Positions 1 to 7,924 of a DNA stretch of 64,000 nucleotides are shown one piece after another. The notes beneath the pieces were generated by a model. The model saw only the letters and a list, made by a program, of their open reading frames with translations. It had not been told where the DNA came from and ran no database searches. Location: the IMG/VR virus record IMGVR_UViG_3300013116_000108, positions 140,101-204,100 of that record. The stretch is one strand, 5' to 3'. Within the stretch, counting starts at the first letter, position 1, and every line of letters starts with the position of its first letter. Position numbers and translations under genes: made by a program.

Positions 1-366
1 ATAAATTCTGTGTCCGTTTGGAGGAGCACTTGTAAATGTAATATCTCTACCTGAAACAGTATAAGCCTGAGTAGGCTCTTGTGGAACGTTACCTACTATA
101 ACAATAACATTTTTTACATCTGCTGGTGCTGTAGTGAAAAAATTAGTAAACGTTGTTGTTGATCCGTCACCTGTTGCTGTATCAAGACCCATTCCTAATG
201 TGCCTTGAGGTGTTACAGATCTAAAAGCAGTACCGTCATAGTATTCCATTCTGTTTGTATCTTCGTTAAAACGAAATGTTCCTTTATCTGGGGAGTCAGG
301 TCTTTCTGCTGTAGTTCCAGATGCTGTAGAAATTCCTGTTGATTTAGCCTTTAAAAAATATCCCAT
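1..366 (-). CDS. Tail-fibre/virion structural protein (partial, runs off the window edge)
   Basis: Not in the ORF track. Hand translation: MGYFLKAKSTGISTASGTTAERPDSPDKGTFRFNEDTNRMEYYDGTAF...ATGDGSTTTFT...NVPQEPTQAYTVSGRDITFTSAPPNG. The GTTAERP/RFN/EYYDG and GDGxTxxF motifs are typical of T4-like fibre proteins. Confidence 0.75.
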   Translation of the reverse strand, partial: MGYFLKAKSTGISTASGTTAERPDSPDKGTFRFNEDTNRMEYYDGTAFRSVTPQGTLGMGLDTATGDGSTTTFTNFFTTAPADVKNVIVIVGNVPQEPTQAYTVSGRDITFTSAPPNGHRIY

Positions 367-368
367 TT

Positions 369-677
369 TTAAATACCTACGTATGAAACAGTAGCATATA
401 CTGATGAAGCGTGAGAACACAATGCTTGTATTGTATCACCATTTGATAATACAATTTTTTCAGCACTCATAATATATGTGTCGCCGGCATTAATTGATAA
501 TGATTTAATAATTCTATTTGTAGCATCTGCTGTACCGCTATTTGCTACAAGATGGACATCAATAGTTCTTGCCGAAGCATTATCATTTGTAAAAAATATA
601 GATGTAGTTGCCGAATCACCACTGCTCGTATAAACTGTACCTATGCTTGTTCCTAAAGTTGCTTTTGCTAACGCCAT
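369..677 (-). CDS. Small virion structural protein, beta-rich (102 aa)
   Basis: Clean ORF tightly coupled to its neighbours in a fibre-gene run; Ser/Thr/Ala-rich beta-sandwich-like composition. Confidence 0.6.
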   Translation of the reverse strand: MALAKATLGTSIGTVYTSSGDSATTSIFFTNDNASARTIDVHLVANSGTADATNRIIKSLSINAGDTYIMSAEKIVLSNGDTIQALCSHASSVYATVSYVGI

Positions 678-686
678 TTTCTTTTC

Positions 687-1415
687 CTAAAATATCAATC
701 CGTATACGATTGCTTTACTCTTACTTACCATTTCTTGTGCCGAACCTGATGGTGCTTGAACGTAAACTCCTGTTCCTCCACCGCCTGGTGCTTTAGCATA
801 AACTAATGATTTTCCCGAAACCGCACTCGGATCTGTTGTTTGTGTTAATCTCAAAAGGGCATCTGTAGTAACATTTCCAGTAACGTCTAAAGTAGTTGAT
901 ACTGTTGCCGCTCCAGTAACTGCCAGTGTTGTACCATCAAAGGTTAAATTTGCTTCGCCTTGTAAAGCATTTGCTCCTGTAACTGTTGTTATAGTATTGT
1001 CTGTAGATCCAGTTAATGCTACACCACCTGCTACTCCATCAACGTATGCTTTTGTAGTTAAGTGTGTTGCTGATGTAGGTGTTCCGCCTGATACTGTTGT
1101 TAATGTACTTCCTTCTTTAAAAGTAAAACTATCAACACTATCATCATATAATATTGTTACATTTGTTGCTGATCCTCTTTCGATTTCAATACCAGCCGTT
1201 GTCGCTGTAATACCAGCACCAGATTCATCTTTATTTAAAACAATAGTGTTATCTGAGATTGTAGAATTAGTTGTTTCTACTTCAGTTGTAGCACCTGTTA
1301 CAATAAGATTACCTGCTACAGTAAGCGAGTGAGTTGTTACGGTAACATTAGAATCTGTACCACTAGTAGTGATCTTATAATGTCCGTCAAATCTTTTCTC
1401 TGAAATTTTTGCCAT
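687..1415 (-). CDS. Tail-fibre-like structural protein (242 aa)
   Basis: Thr/Gly-rich. Motifs DNTIVLN..AGIEIERGS, HLTTKAYVD and LQGEANLTFDGTTL recur in T4-like phage fibres. Confidence 0.65.
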   Translation of the reverse strand: MAKISEKRFDGHYKITTSGTDSNVTVTTHSLTVAGNLIVTGATTEVETTNSTISDNTIVLNKDESGAGITATTAGIEIERGSATNVTILYDDSVDSFTFKEGSTLTTVSGGTPTSATHLTTKAYVDGVAGGVALTGSTDNTITTVTGANALQGEANLTFDGTTLAVTGAATVSTTLDVTGNVTTDALLRLTQTTDPSAVSGKSLVYAKAPGGGGTGVYVQAPSGSAQEMVSKSKAIVYGLIF

Positions 1416-1427
1416 TTTTAATTATCC

Positions 1428-2081
1428 TTATACATTATTTATTTCTTTTTCGAACTGTTCAAACGTGATTTCTCTGTGATTTGAGCATTCTTTCCATTGT
1501 TCTGGCACAAAATTATTCAAAGCACCTATTCTAGCAAAATTTTTATCTGAATATTCTAACATTATTCGTCTAATTTGATCGACCCAGTTCATATAATATG
1601 TTGCGGCCGCTGTAGAAGGCTTGTAAGCATTTGTGCCGGAATATATATTATTAATATCATTGTCTCTATCACCCACACCCATTAGATCAAATCCCATAAA
1701 ATAAATGTATCTGTGACCTTCAAAACAGGCATAAGTTAAAGCAACAGGGCCACTACTATATCCCCAATTATGCTCTATTTTTCTACTATGTATATTTTCG
1801 TAATCAGTATCTTGCCACTTTCTATCCACGTGTGTTTTAATAAGTTTGCCAGGCCGTCTTGTATAAAAAGGAATTTTAGCAGGAATATTTTCTAAAACAT
1901 CAGGATTAATTTCTGATAGCTCTATCTCTTCTCTCATTTTGTCATCAGTAGCAATTAAAACATCAGGGAGAAAATCTCTATATAAAGCGTTACAGCCATA
2001 TATAGTTCCTTTGCCTCTTAATGTATTTAAATCAAAATGAGATCTTGATAATCCGTTGCCAATTACAAATGCTTTATCCAT
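1428..2081 (-). CDS. GT42/MAF_flag10-like (sialyltransferase-fold) protein
   Basis: N-terminal AFVIGNGLSR...IYGCNALYRD resembles the Cst-II pattern IIAGNGPSL...FRCNQFY; also has SSGPVAL and IYFMGFDL. Confidence 0.5.
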   Translation of the reverse strand: MDKAFVIGNGLSRSHFDLNTLRGKGTIYGCNALYRDFLPDVLIATDDKMREEIELSEINPDVLENIPAKIPFYTRRPGKLIKTHVDRKWQDTDYENIHSRKIEHNWGYSSGPVALTYACFEGHRYIYFMGFDLMGVGDRDNDINNIYSGTNAYKPSTAAATYYMNWVDQIRRIMLEYSDKNFARIGALNNFVPEQWKECSNHREITFEQFEKEINNV

Positions 2082-2092
2082 TATATACCTTC

Positions 2093-2134
2093 AAAAAAAA
2101 ATGACTGCTAATAATAGTAATTAGCAGTCATTTT
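2093..2134 (-). terminator. Intrinsic terminator
   Basis: 15 bp inverted repeat AAAATGACTGCTAAT / ATTAGCAGTCATTTT followed by a U-tract on the minus strand. Confidence 0.85.
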
Positions 2135-2155
2135 GAATTATAATGATCTATCTGA

Positions 2156-2533
2156 TTAGATAGCAACTATTGTCATTTTATTAACAGCAGAGTCATCCGA
2201 AATTGACCATGTGTATCTTACACCGTCAAAATCAGTACAAGATCTGTTGTACATTTTTTTGATATTTTTATAAGTTGTAGTACCGTTAATTACAGCAGAA
2301 ATAGACATTTCGTTAGCGCCTAAGTTCTCAGATGCTTTATCAACTAGTGTACATACACCTTCGTTACCTGAATCATCTTTAGCATCATCAACTAAAAATT
2401 TGTTTGATGATCTTTGTGATTTAATCATTCCTTGTACTGAAGCCGAGTTTGAACCTACTTTACAGTTAACATTAATGTTACCTGAATCTGTATCAACTTC
2501 ACCAAAGTGTTTTTTATTTACTGGACGTCCCAT
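2156..2533 (-). CDS. Conserved hypothetical late protein (125 aa)
   Basis: Strong Shine-Dalgarno AGGAG upstream; preceded by a late promoter and a structured leader. Confidence 0.7.
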   Translation of the reverse strand: MGRPVNKKHFGEVDTDSGNINVNCKVGSNSASVQGMIKSQRSSNKFLVDDAKDDSGNEGVCTLVDKASENLGANEMSISAVINGTTTYKNIKKMYNRSCTDFDGVRYTWSISDDSAVNKMTIVAI

Positions 2534-2617
2534 TTTTTTCTCCTAAGTTACGTTTTAAGTAATACGCGGTGGGTCAATTCCGCATAAGTCCACACCATTT
2601 GTGGCACGATTTTTGAC
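2534..2617 (-). ncRNA. Candidate structured 5' leader (cis-regulatory RNA)
   Basis: From the predicted +1 (2617): GUCAA, stem CCACA/UGUGG, stem AUGCGG/CCGCGU with a loop containing UUGAC (complementary to the 5' GUCAA), a weak UUAC/GUAA stem, then the SD. Confidence 0.45.
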
Positions 2618-2622
2618 AGTAG

Positions 2623-2629
2623 TATTTAT
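2623..2629 (-). promoter_or_regulatory. T4-type late promoter (ATAAATA)
   Basis: Matches the TATAAATA-like late consensus; gp55 homolog is present in the window. Confidence 0.6.
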
Positions 2630-3262
2630 CTAAATAATATACTTTTTAACAACCTCATAAACACATTTATGACCGTAAGCATTAAGTTTTCTATCAGGGG
2701 CACAATCTTTATAAAAAGAACCAACATTAGTTAAATCAGGATGTTGCTCCATTACCCAACCCCAAAATTGATTTATATCACCTCTGTTTATATATGGTAT
2801 AACTATTAATTTATCTGTAGATTTTCTATAACTTTCTTGTATAAAAATTAAACACTTTTTATTATGAGCCCAACTATTTAATATATCATATGTAAAATTA
2901 GATTGCCATTCGCAATACTCGTGTGTCATATGAGGTCCTAAATTTTCTGTAATGTTATGTAAAGGTCCTGTTACGTCCCAGTTTAATGATCTGTTTGACG
3001 AGGGCATTACACTAACAAAAAAATCATTATAACCATTATCTATATTACTTTTTAAAATTGTACTAGCATAATACAACGGACTAATGCCTATTGTGTGTTC
3101 TTTTGATGGCTTATGTAATGTTATAACATTTTCAAAATCTTTACCTAACAACTCCCACCAGTGTTCTCCAGATTTTACATTAAAGCCATTATATGGCCCA
3201 GGACTTGCTATAAGTTGATCGCCGTATGTTATTAAATTTTTGCCCATAATATTATTTAACAT
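2630..3262 (-). CDS. Degenerate SGNH/GDSL-like protein (210 aa)
   Basis: N-terminal LITYGD (block I-like) and C-terminal KLNAYGH (block V-like), but the catalytic Ser and His appear to be replaced. Confidence 0.35.
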   Translation of the reverse strand: MLNNIMGKNLITYGDQLIASPGPYNGFNVKSGEHWWELLGKDFENVITLHKPSKEHTIGISPLYYASTILKSNIDNGYNDFFVSVMPSSNRSLNWDVTGPLHNITENLGPHMTHEYCEWQSNFTYDILNSWAHNKKCLIFIQESYRKSTDKLIVIPYINRGDINQFWGWVMEQHPDLTNVGSFYKDCAPDRKLNAYGHKCVYEVVKKYII

Positions 3263-3301
3263 AATATATTCTCAAAAAAATGTCAACCAAAAAATAGTCA
3301 T

Positions 3302-3331
3302 AAAAAAAGGTAAACACGAAGTTTACCTTTT
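3302..3331 (-). terminator. Intrinsic terminator closing the stand-alone ncRNA
   Basis: AAAAGGTAAAC-TTCGT-GTTTACCTTTT followed by TTT on the minus strand. Confidence 0.85.
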
Positions 3332-3596
3332 CTCTTTTACTTTACCGTGAGTAAAAACGTGTGTATTAAGGCACAACCCTAAACAAGCAAAATAGGGAGG
3401 ACTCGGTTATACCTCCAACCCCTTGACCGGATACCATTCCTAATCCAGGGAGCCTAGTTCCGCTCGGTAGAGCGATGTGATTCTTAGTTTCTCAACTTTG
3501 AACCTGGGTACCACCCCTAACTAGCCTAGTTCGACGCTCTGGTAAACGCCTCTTCCTAGCACTATAAACAAAAGTTAATTATTCTTTTGTTGCTAT
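3302..3596 (-). ncRNA. Stand-alone structured ncRNA, ~295 nt, family not identified
   Basis: ORF-free and GC-richer than its flanks. Has its own sigma70 promoter and terminator, a duplicated GAACUAGGCU decamer, two UACC-loop hairpins and two UGGUA-containing hairpins. Confidence 0.7.
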
Positions 3597-3602
3597 GTTA
3601 CT

Positions 3603-3631
3603 AATATAGCAAACATTTACTATATTGTCAA
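3603..3631 (-). promoter_or_regulatory. Sigma70-type (early) promoter
   Basis: TTGACA (3631-3626), 17 nt spacer, TATATT (3608-3603), with an A-tract UP-like element upstream. Confidence 0.8.
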
Positions 3632-3669
3632 CCTTTTTTTTAATTTTTTTGGAAAAAGATATTTTGGCC

Positions 3670-3697
3670 AAAAAGAAAGGCGCCTAAGCGCCTTTCT
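3670..3697 (-). terminator. Intrinsic terminator after the major capsid gene
   Basis: AGAAAGGCGC-TTAG-GCGCCTTTCT followed by TTTT on the minus strand. Confidence 0.9.
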
Positions 3698-3721
3698 AAA
3701 TACTTCTAAAGTTCTTTACTA

Positions 3722-4894
3722 TTAAGCAAACGAGATGTTTGACATAGCAATTTCACCCAAGTAGTCACCAGCATTACCAAGTGATGATGCTGTGTTAGTT
3801 AACTCAACATAACCGTATCTAGTCATGAAGCCAACTACTGGCTCTAAAGTATCAGGATCAAGTACAACACCTGAAGACATTAGAGGAACGTATGGGCAAT
3901 AGAACGCCGCCGCGTCTGCTTCGCTTGAACCTTTGTATCCAACTAGTACTGCTGAGTCATCAGCCGCATAAGTGTCTACGTAGATTTTCATAGCGCCATT
4001 CAATGTACCTACAAACTTGTTGTTTGTTGGTGCTTCAAATGAACCTTCAGTTGTTCTTGCGAACGCTGAAGTAGAAGCAGATTGAAGTACTGTAAGAGCT
4101 TGTGGAGAAACCACAGCCCAGTTACCAGCACCACGTCTAGTTCTTTGAGCAATTTTATTTGCTGTTCTGTTGATTAATACAGCCAGAGCCGCATGTTCGT
4201 CACCAACGTAAGTAGCAGTACCACTTACAGCCGTTTGGTTGTAAGTTTCTTCAGTAGCCGCTAGTGATCTTAAAGAAGTAAGAACTTCTTGGTCGATCTC
4301 AGCAGTAATTTCTTGAGCCAAAGCGGCCATAATTTCTGCTTCAACGTCGATTCCGTGCATTGATTGAGCGTCTTGAGCCGATTCAAATGTCCAACGAGCT
4401 GATAATTTACGAGTTTTCGCTTCAACTGGTTGCTTTAAGATTTGAATGTTCAATTTCTTACCTGGTGCACCTTCTAAAGTAGCCGTAGAAGCACCTGCTC
4501 CTGGGTTACTATCGTTACCTGAGTAAGATTCTGCAATCTTGAACGGAGATAATGCTTCGTCACCAGCAGTGATGTTTGTAGCACCACCTGTAGTAGTATC
4601 AGCATATCTAACTCTTAGTGTATGAATTTGACCTACTGGGCCTTGCATAGGCTGAACACCAACGATTTCGTTAGCGATAACAGTAGGCATAACACGTCTG
4701 ATTACTGGTAGTATCACACGGTTTAATGTAGCAACGTTACCGGCAGATGTCGCGCCAGCAGTTGCCGCCTCTTTTAAGTATGAGCGGGTATTCTCTAAAA
4801 CAACGCTCATAGTTGATTTAGAATTTCCATCTAAACCTTCCATAAGTGCCGATTTAGTATCATCCCAACGGCTTTCAATTAATGTATCTGACAT
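3722..4894 (-). CDS. g23: Major capsid protein (T4 gp23-like)
   Basis: Motifs LPVIRRVMPTVIANEIVGVQPMQGP, AKTRKLSARWTFESAQDA, LAQEITAEIDQE, FYCPYVPL and GFMTRYG. Confidence 0.97.
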   Translation of the reverse strand: MSDTLIESRWDDTKSALMEGLDGNSKSTMSVVLENTRSYLKEAATAGATSAGNVATLNRVILPVIRRVMPTVIANEIVGVQPMQGPVGQIHTLRVRYADTTTGGATNITAGDEALSPFKIAESYSGNDSNPGAGASTATLEGAPGKKLNIQILKQPVEAKTRKLSARWTFESAQDAQSMHGIDVEAEIMAALAQEITAEIDQEVLTSLRSLAATEETYNQTAVSGTATYVGDEHAALAVLINRTANKIAQRTRRGAGNWAVVSPQALTVLQSASTSAFARTTEGSFEAPTNNKFVGTLNGAMKIYVDTYAADDSAVLVGYKGSSEADAAAFYCPYVPLMSSGVVLDPDTLEPVVGFMTRYGYVELTNTASSLGNAGDYLGEIAMSNISFA

Positions 4895-4913
4895 TTTTAT
4901 GTCTCCCTTATAA

Positions 4914-6005
4914 TTACATTCCAGCCAATTTCTGAAGAAGAACTATGTTGCCTTCATCAGCGTCTTGGCTTTGTTTAGTTTTATTTCCAGTAACTTCTCT
5001 ACGAGTTTCCGCTAAAACTTCTTTCTTTGGTGCCTCGTCTTTTAGTACTGCTGGCAAATATTTGTCGTATGCTGATTGTATCTTATCAGTTGCGACACTT
5101 TCGAGTAAACTTTGCATTACTTCAGCCTGCTTGTTTGCTAACGGCTTCATTAATTCATTGAGTTTTTCTTTTCTTTCGATACCCTCGTTAATTTGCTCAA
5201 TTCTTGCCTTTTGAGCTTCAACTTCTTTAGCAGATGCTTCTGATTTCTCAGTTGCTTCTTTTAATTGCTTGTCTTTGTCAACAATTACTGCTTCTAAATC
5301 TTTCATTTCTTGATTTTCATTCAAGTAACTAGTAGAATATTCAGCGGCAAATGTTTCAAACAATTTGCGACCAAAGTTGTTTTCACGAGCCTGTTTGATA
5401 TCTTCTTTAAGTTGAGTTAGTTCGTCTCTTAAAGTACCTGTTACGGCTTCCTTAACAAGTTTGCTTGATTTCTCTACAAATTTCTTCTTGAGTGTATCAA
5501 GTTGATCTTTTGCTTCAGCAACTAATCTTACTTTAGTTTCCACAACGTCTTTCTTATCTTTGTGGAATTCAGTAATTTCAGATGCTAAGTTTTCAATTAC
5601 AAACTTTTCAAGTTTTTCCATTGTAGCAGACTGTGACTTACGATCTGATCTAAGTTCACTAATTTCTTCTGCTAATTTCTTAACTAGGAAATTATTAAAC
5701 TTTTCAGCAGATTCAGTCATTTTCGCATTAAGTTTAACACGATCTTCTGCTAATGCTTTCTTTTCAGCAACTACTTGCTCAATTTCAGCACTTAGGTTTT
5801 CCGTAACCATCTTATCGAGAGCCTCAACCATAGTTTGTTTATCATGCTCATAACGTCCGGCGAATTCCTCGCGGAGATCCTGAGTAACTTCTTCACGGAT
5901 TTCTTTTAACTTGGTATCCCAAGCCTCAGTAATCTGTGCTCTAGTTTCCTCATTCACTAAATCGCTATCAAGCAACGGTTTGATGACTTCTAACATATTG
6001 GTCAA
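4914..6005 (-). CDS. g22: Prohead core/scaffold protein (gp22-like)
   Basis: Coiled-coil, Glu/Lys-rich; FGRKLFETF motif; lies between the protease and capsid genes. Confidence 0.85.
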   Translation of the reverse strand: MTNMLEVIKPLLDSDLVNEETRAQITEAWDTKLKEIREEVTQDLREEFAGRYEHDKQTMVEALDKMVTENLSAEIEQVVAEKKALAEDRVKLNAKMTESAEKFNNFLVKKLAEEISELRSDRKSQSATMEKLEKFVIENLASEITEFHKDKKDVVETKVRLVAEAKDQLDTLKKKFVEKSSKLVKEAVTGTLRDELTQLKEDIKQARENNFGRKLFETFAAEYSTSYLNENQEMKDLEAVIVDKDKQLKEATEKSEASAKEVEAQKARIEQINEGIERKEKLNELMKPLANKQAEVMQSLLESVATDKIQSAYDKYLPAVLKDEAPKKEVLAETRREVTGNKTKQSQDADEGNIVLLQKLAGM

Positions 6006-6634
6006 CTCCTAACTTTTAGTTCTTGGATGAGCTTTAATACTTCATCCTTTAAATACCTCTGTACCTTATTATCATGCTGTGCTTCTTTGGCAATTTCTAA
6101 AACTTTATGACCATGTGTCATGTTCAAAAGTCCTTCGTATATTGCCGTAGGGTAGGCATTAGGTGCAGAAGGTTGTGCTACGACATCTATCGTAACTATC
6201 TCGAATTCGCTCACCTGTCCGGTGGCTTCATTGACATTGCCGCTTCCGCGACTGCTTACTCCCAATTTTACACCATTGTCCACCATAGTTTTCACTAGTT
6301 GTCCCATTGGTGTAGGGAGAATCTTTAATTTACCAAATCCGTTTGGACCATCCATCCACATATTTTCTACCATGTGGCATACCCTGTCTAGGTTAACTTG
6401 TAACCCTTCTGGGTGGTCTACTTCTCCAAGGACGCTATTGCCTGTAGAGATTTGGTCATTTAATGTTTTTACTGCCGAAGCAATTTCGTTCACAGGATAT
6501 ACACGTTGGTTAGCATTTTTTACCCCACCTTGTATACAAATTCCTTTCATGTACAAGTCCTTGCCTTCGTTAGCAGATTCTATTACTAGATTTGCTTGAT
6601 CGAACGTTAAGTTTTCTTGTAGTAAAGGTTTCAT
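6002..6634 (-). CDS. g21: Prohead protease (gp21-like)
   Basis: Motifs KNANQRVYP, LGEVDHP, GVKLGVSSRGSG and DVVAQPSAPNAY. Confidence 0.95.
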   Translation of the reverse strand: MKPLLQENLTFDQANLVIESANEGKDLYMKGICIQGGVKNANQRVYPVNEIASAVKTLNDQISTGNSVLGEVDHPEGLQVNLDRVCHMVENMWMDGPNGFGKLKILPTPMGQLVKTMVDNGVKLGVSSRGSGNVNEATGQVSEFEIVTIDVVAQPSAPNAYPTAIYEGLLNMTHGHKVLEIAKEAQHDNKVQRYLKDEVLKLIQELKVRS

Positions 6635-6645
6635 TTCCTATGTCC

Positions 6646-7530
6646 TTATTTTGTTACCGGCTTTGGTGCTGGCTTTAACGCTTGTTTTCCGCCTGGCTTG
6701 TTTTGGTTTCCAGCGTCAGAAGTTTTTGGAGATGCCGCTTTAGCACCTTTTTCTTCTGCTGAGCCTTTAGCGATATTACCGGCAGAACCGCCCATATCGT
6801 TTTTGCCTGCTACTGGACCTGATTTTCCTTCGCCGCCTTCTGAAGTTACTGGAGCAGGTGCTTTTTGTGTATATTCTACAACTTGCTCTGCTTCTTCTTC
6901 AACTTCGTCTTTTGCTTCTTCAACTGGTGCTTCTTCGCCTTCAAACGCTACTGCTTCTTCAGGTTCCATGTCCATTTCTGGTTCCATGTCATCTGCTGGT
7001 GCTTCGTCGTCTGCTGGAGCATCGCCAGTCATATTTTCAAATTCTGATCTTAAATCATCAATCGCAGTTTGAAGGTCTAAAATTTCATCTTCCATACGCT
7101 CAGCGTCTTCTGGATCCATTTTTTCTTCACCTGCGTCTAAGCCCATGTCGTCAGCCATGTCGCCAGCGTCTGCTTCAGGATCTTCATCCTCAGCATCGTC
7201 TTCGCCCATGCCTACTTCGTCGGCTTTAATGTCAGCAACCAAATCAGCAGTTTCGTCTTGAGACAAGTTTTCTTCAACTTCGTCTGTCGCTTCTTCTACT
7301 TTTTCTTCGGATGCTTCTTCTACTGTTTCGTCGGCTTCTTCCACTTTTTCGTCTGCTTCTTCAACTGCTTCTTCTGAAGCCTCATCGATATCAGCAAGAT
7401 CTTCTTCGTCGATTAAGTTTTCGTAAATTTTACGAGACTCATCAACAGCGATCTCATGAAAAAGGTCTTTAGCCTTATCTTCTTCCTCATTGACTACTAG
7501 TTCAATAAGTGATTTCCATTTGTCATTCAT
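6646..7530 (-). CDS. Very acidic prohead core/internal protein
   Basis: Asp/Glu-rich low-complexity sequence with VEEA repeats; located in the head operon upstream of the protease gene. Confidence 0.6.
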   Translation of the reverse strand: MNDKWKSLIELVVNEEEDKAKDLFHEIAVDESRKIYENLIDEEDLADIDEASEEAVEEADEKVEEADETVEEASEEKVEEATDEVEENLSQDETADLVADIKADEVGMGEDDAEDEDPEADAGDMADDMGLDAGEEKMDPEDAERMEDEILDLQTAIDDLRSEFENMTGDAPADDEAPADDMEPEMDMEPEEAVAFEGEEAPVEEAKDEVEEEAEQVVEYTQKAPAPVTSEGGEGKSGPVAGKNDMGGSAGNIAKGSAEEKGAKAASPKTSDAGNQNKPGGKQALKPAPKPVTK

Positions 7531-7578
7531 GTTCGAACTCCTTGTTAATACACGAGATATGGCGCATTTTCGTAATAG

Positions 7579-7585
7579 TATTTAC
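7579..7585 (-). promoter_or_regulatory. Late promoter (GTAAATA) for the head operon
   Basis: TAAATA core in the intergenic gap upstream of the SD AAGGAG of ORF 6646..7530. Confidence 0.55.
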
Positions 7586-7674
7586 AAATATGCTAATATA
7601 ATTCGTTAAAACATCAGATAATCGCAACTTTTGGCAATATTTCTGATATTTTATTGTTTTTAATTAATTGTTGT

Positions 7675-7908
7675 TTATAAATCGTCGCCTGAGTCTTGTT
7701 GCCCGTACTGTGCCTTAATTTTCTCTATCATTTTTGATTTTTCAAATTTCTTGGCGTCATGCATTCTTCTCAAGCCATTGATTTGACCCAAAGTAAGTTT
7801 ACTCTTTCGAGTGTTACCTTGTACAATGATACTTTGATCCTGTTCAGGATCGTAAAAATCTTTTAAATTATTTTTACTGTCTTTATTATCTAATTCAAAT
7901 AGTTTCAT
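7675..7908 (-). CDS. Hypothetical head-module protein (77 aa), probably leaderless
   Basis: Lies between the portal and core genes; ATAAATA-N5-ATG with no SD. Confidence 0.65.
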   Translation of the reverse strand: MKLFELDNKDSKNNLKDFYDPEQDQSIIVQGNTRKSKLTLGQINGLRRMHDAKKFEKSKMIEKIKAQYGQQDSGDDL

Positions 7909-7924
7909 GTTAATATTTATTCAA

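Noticed and set aside
3302-3596. The ncRNA as tmRNA, RNase P RNA, a tRNA cluster or a group I intron
   Set aside because: No tRNA-like acceptor/T-arm or CCA end, no GAGGAAAGUCC, no P/Q/R/S elements, and it does not interrupt a gene.
6646-7530. VEEA/DDM repeats as a repeat element
   Set aside because: Ordinary low-complexity coding sequence of an acidic prohead protein.
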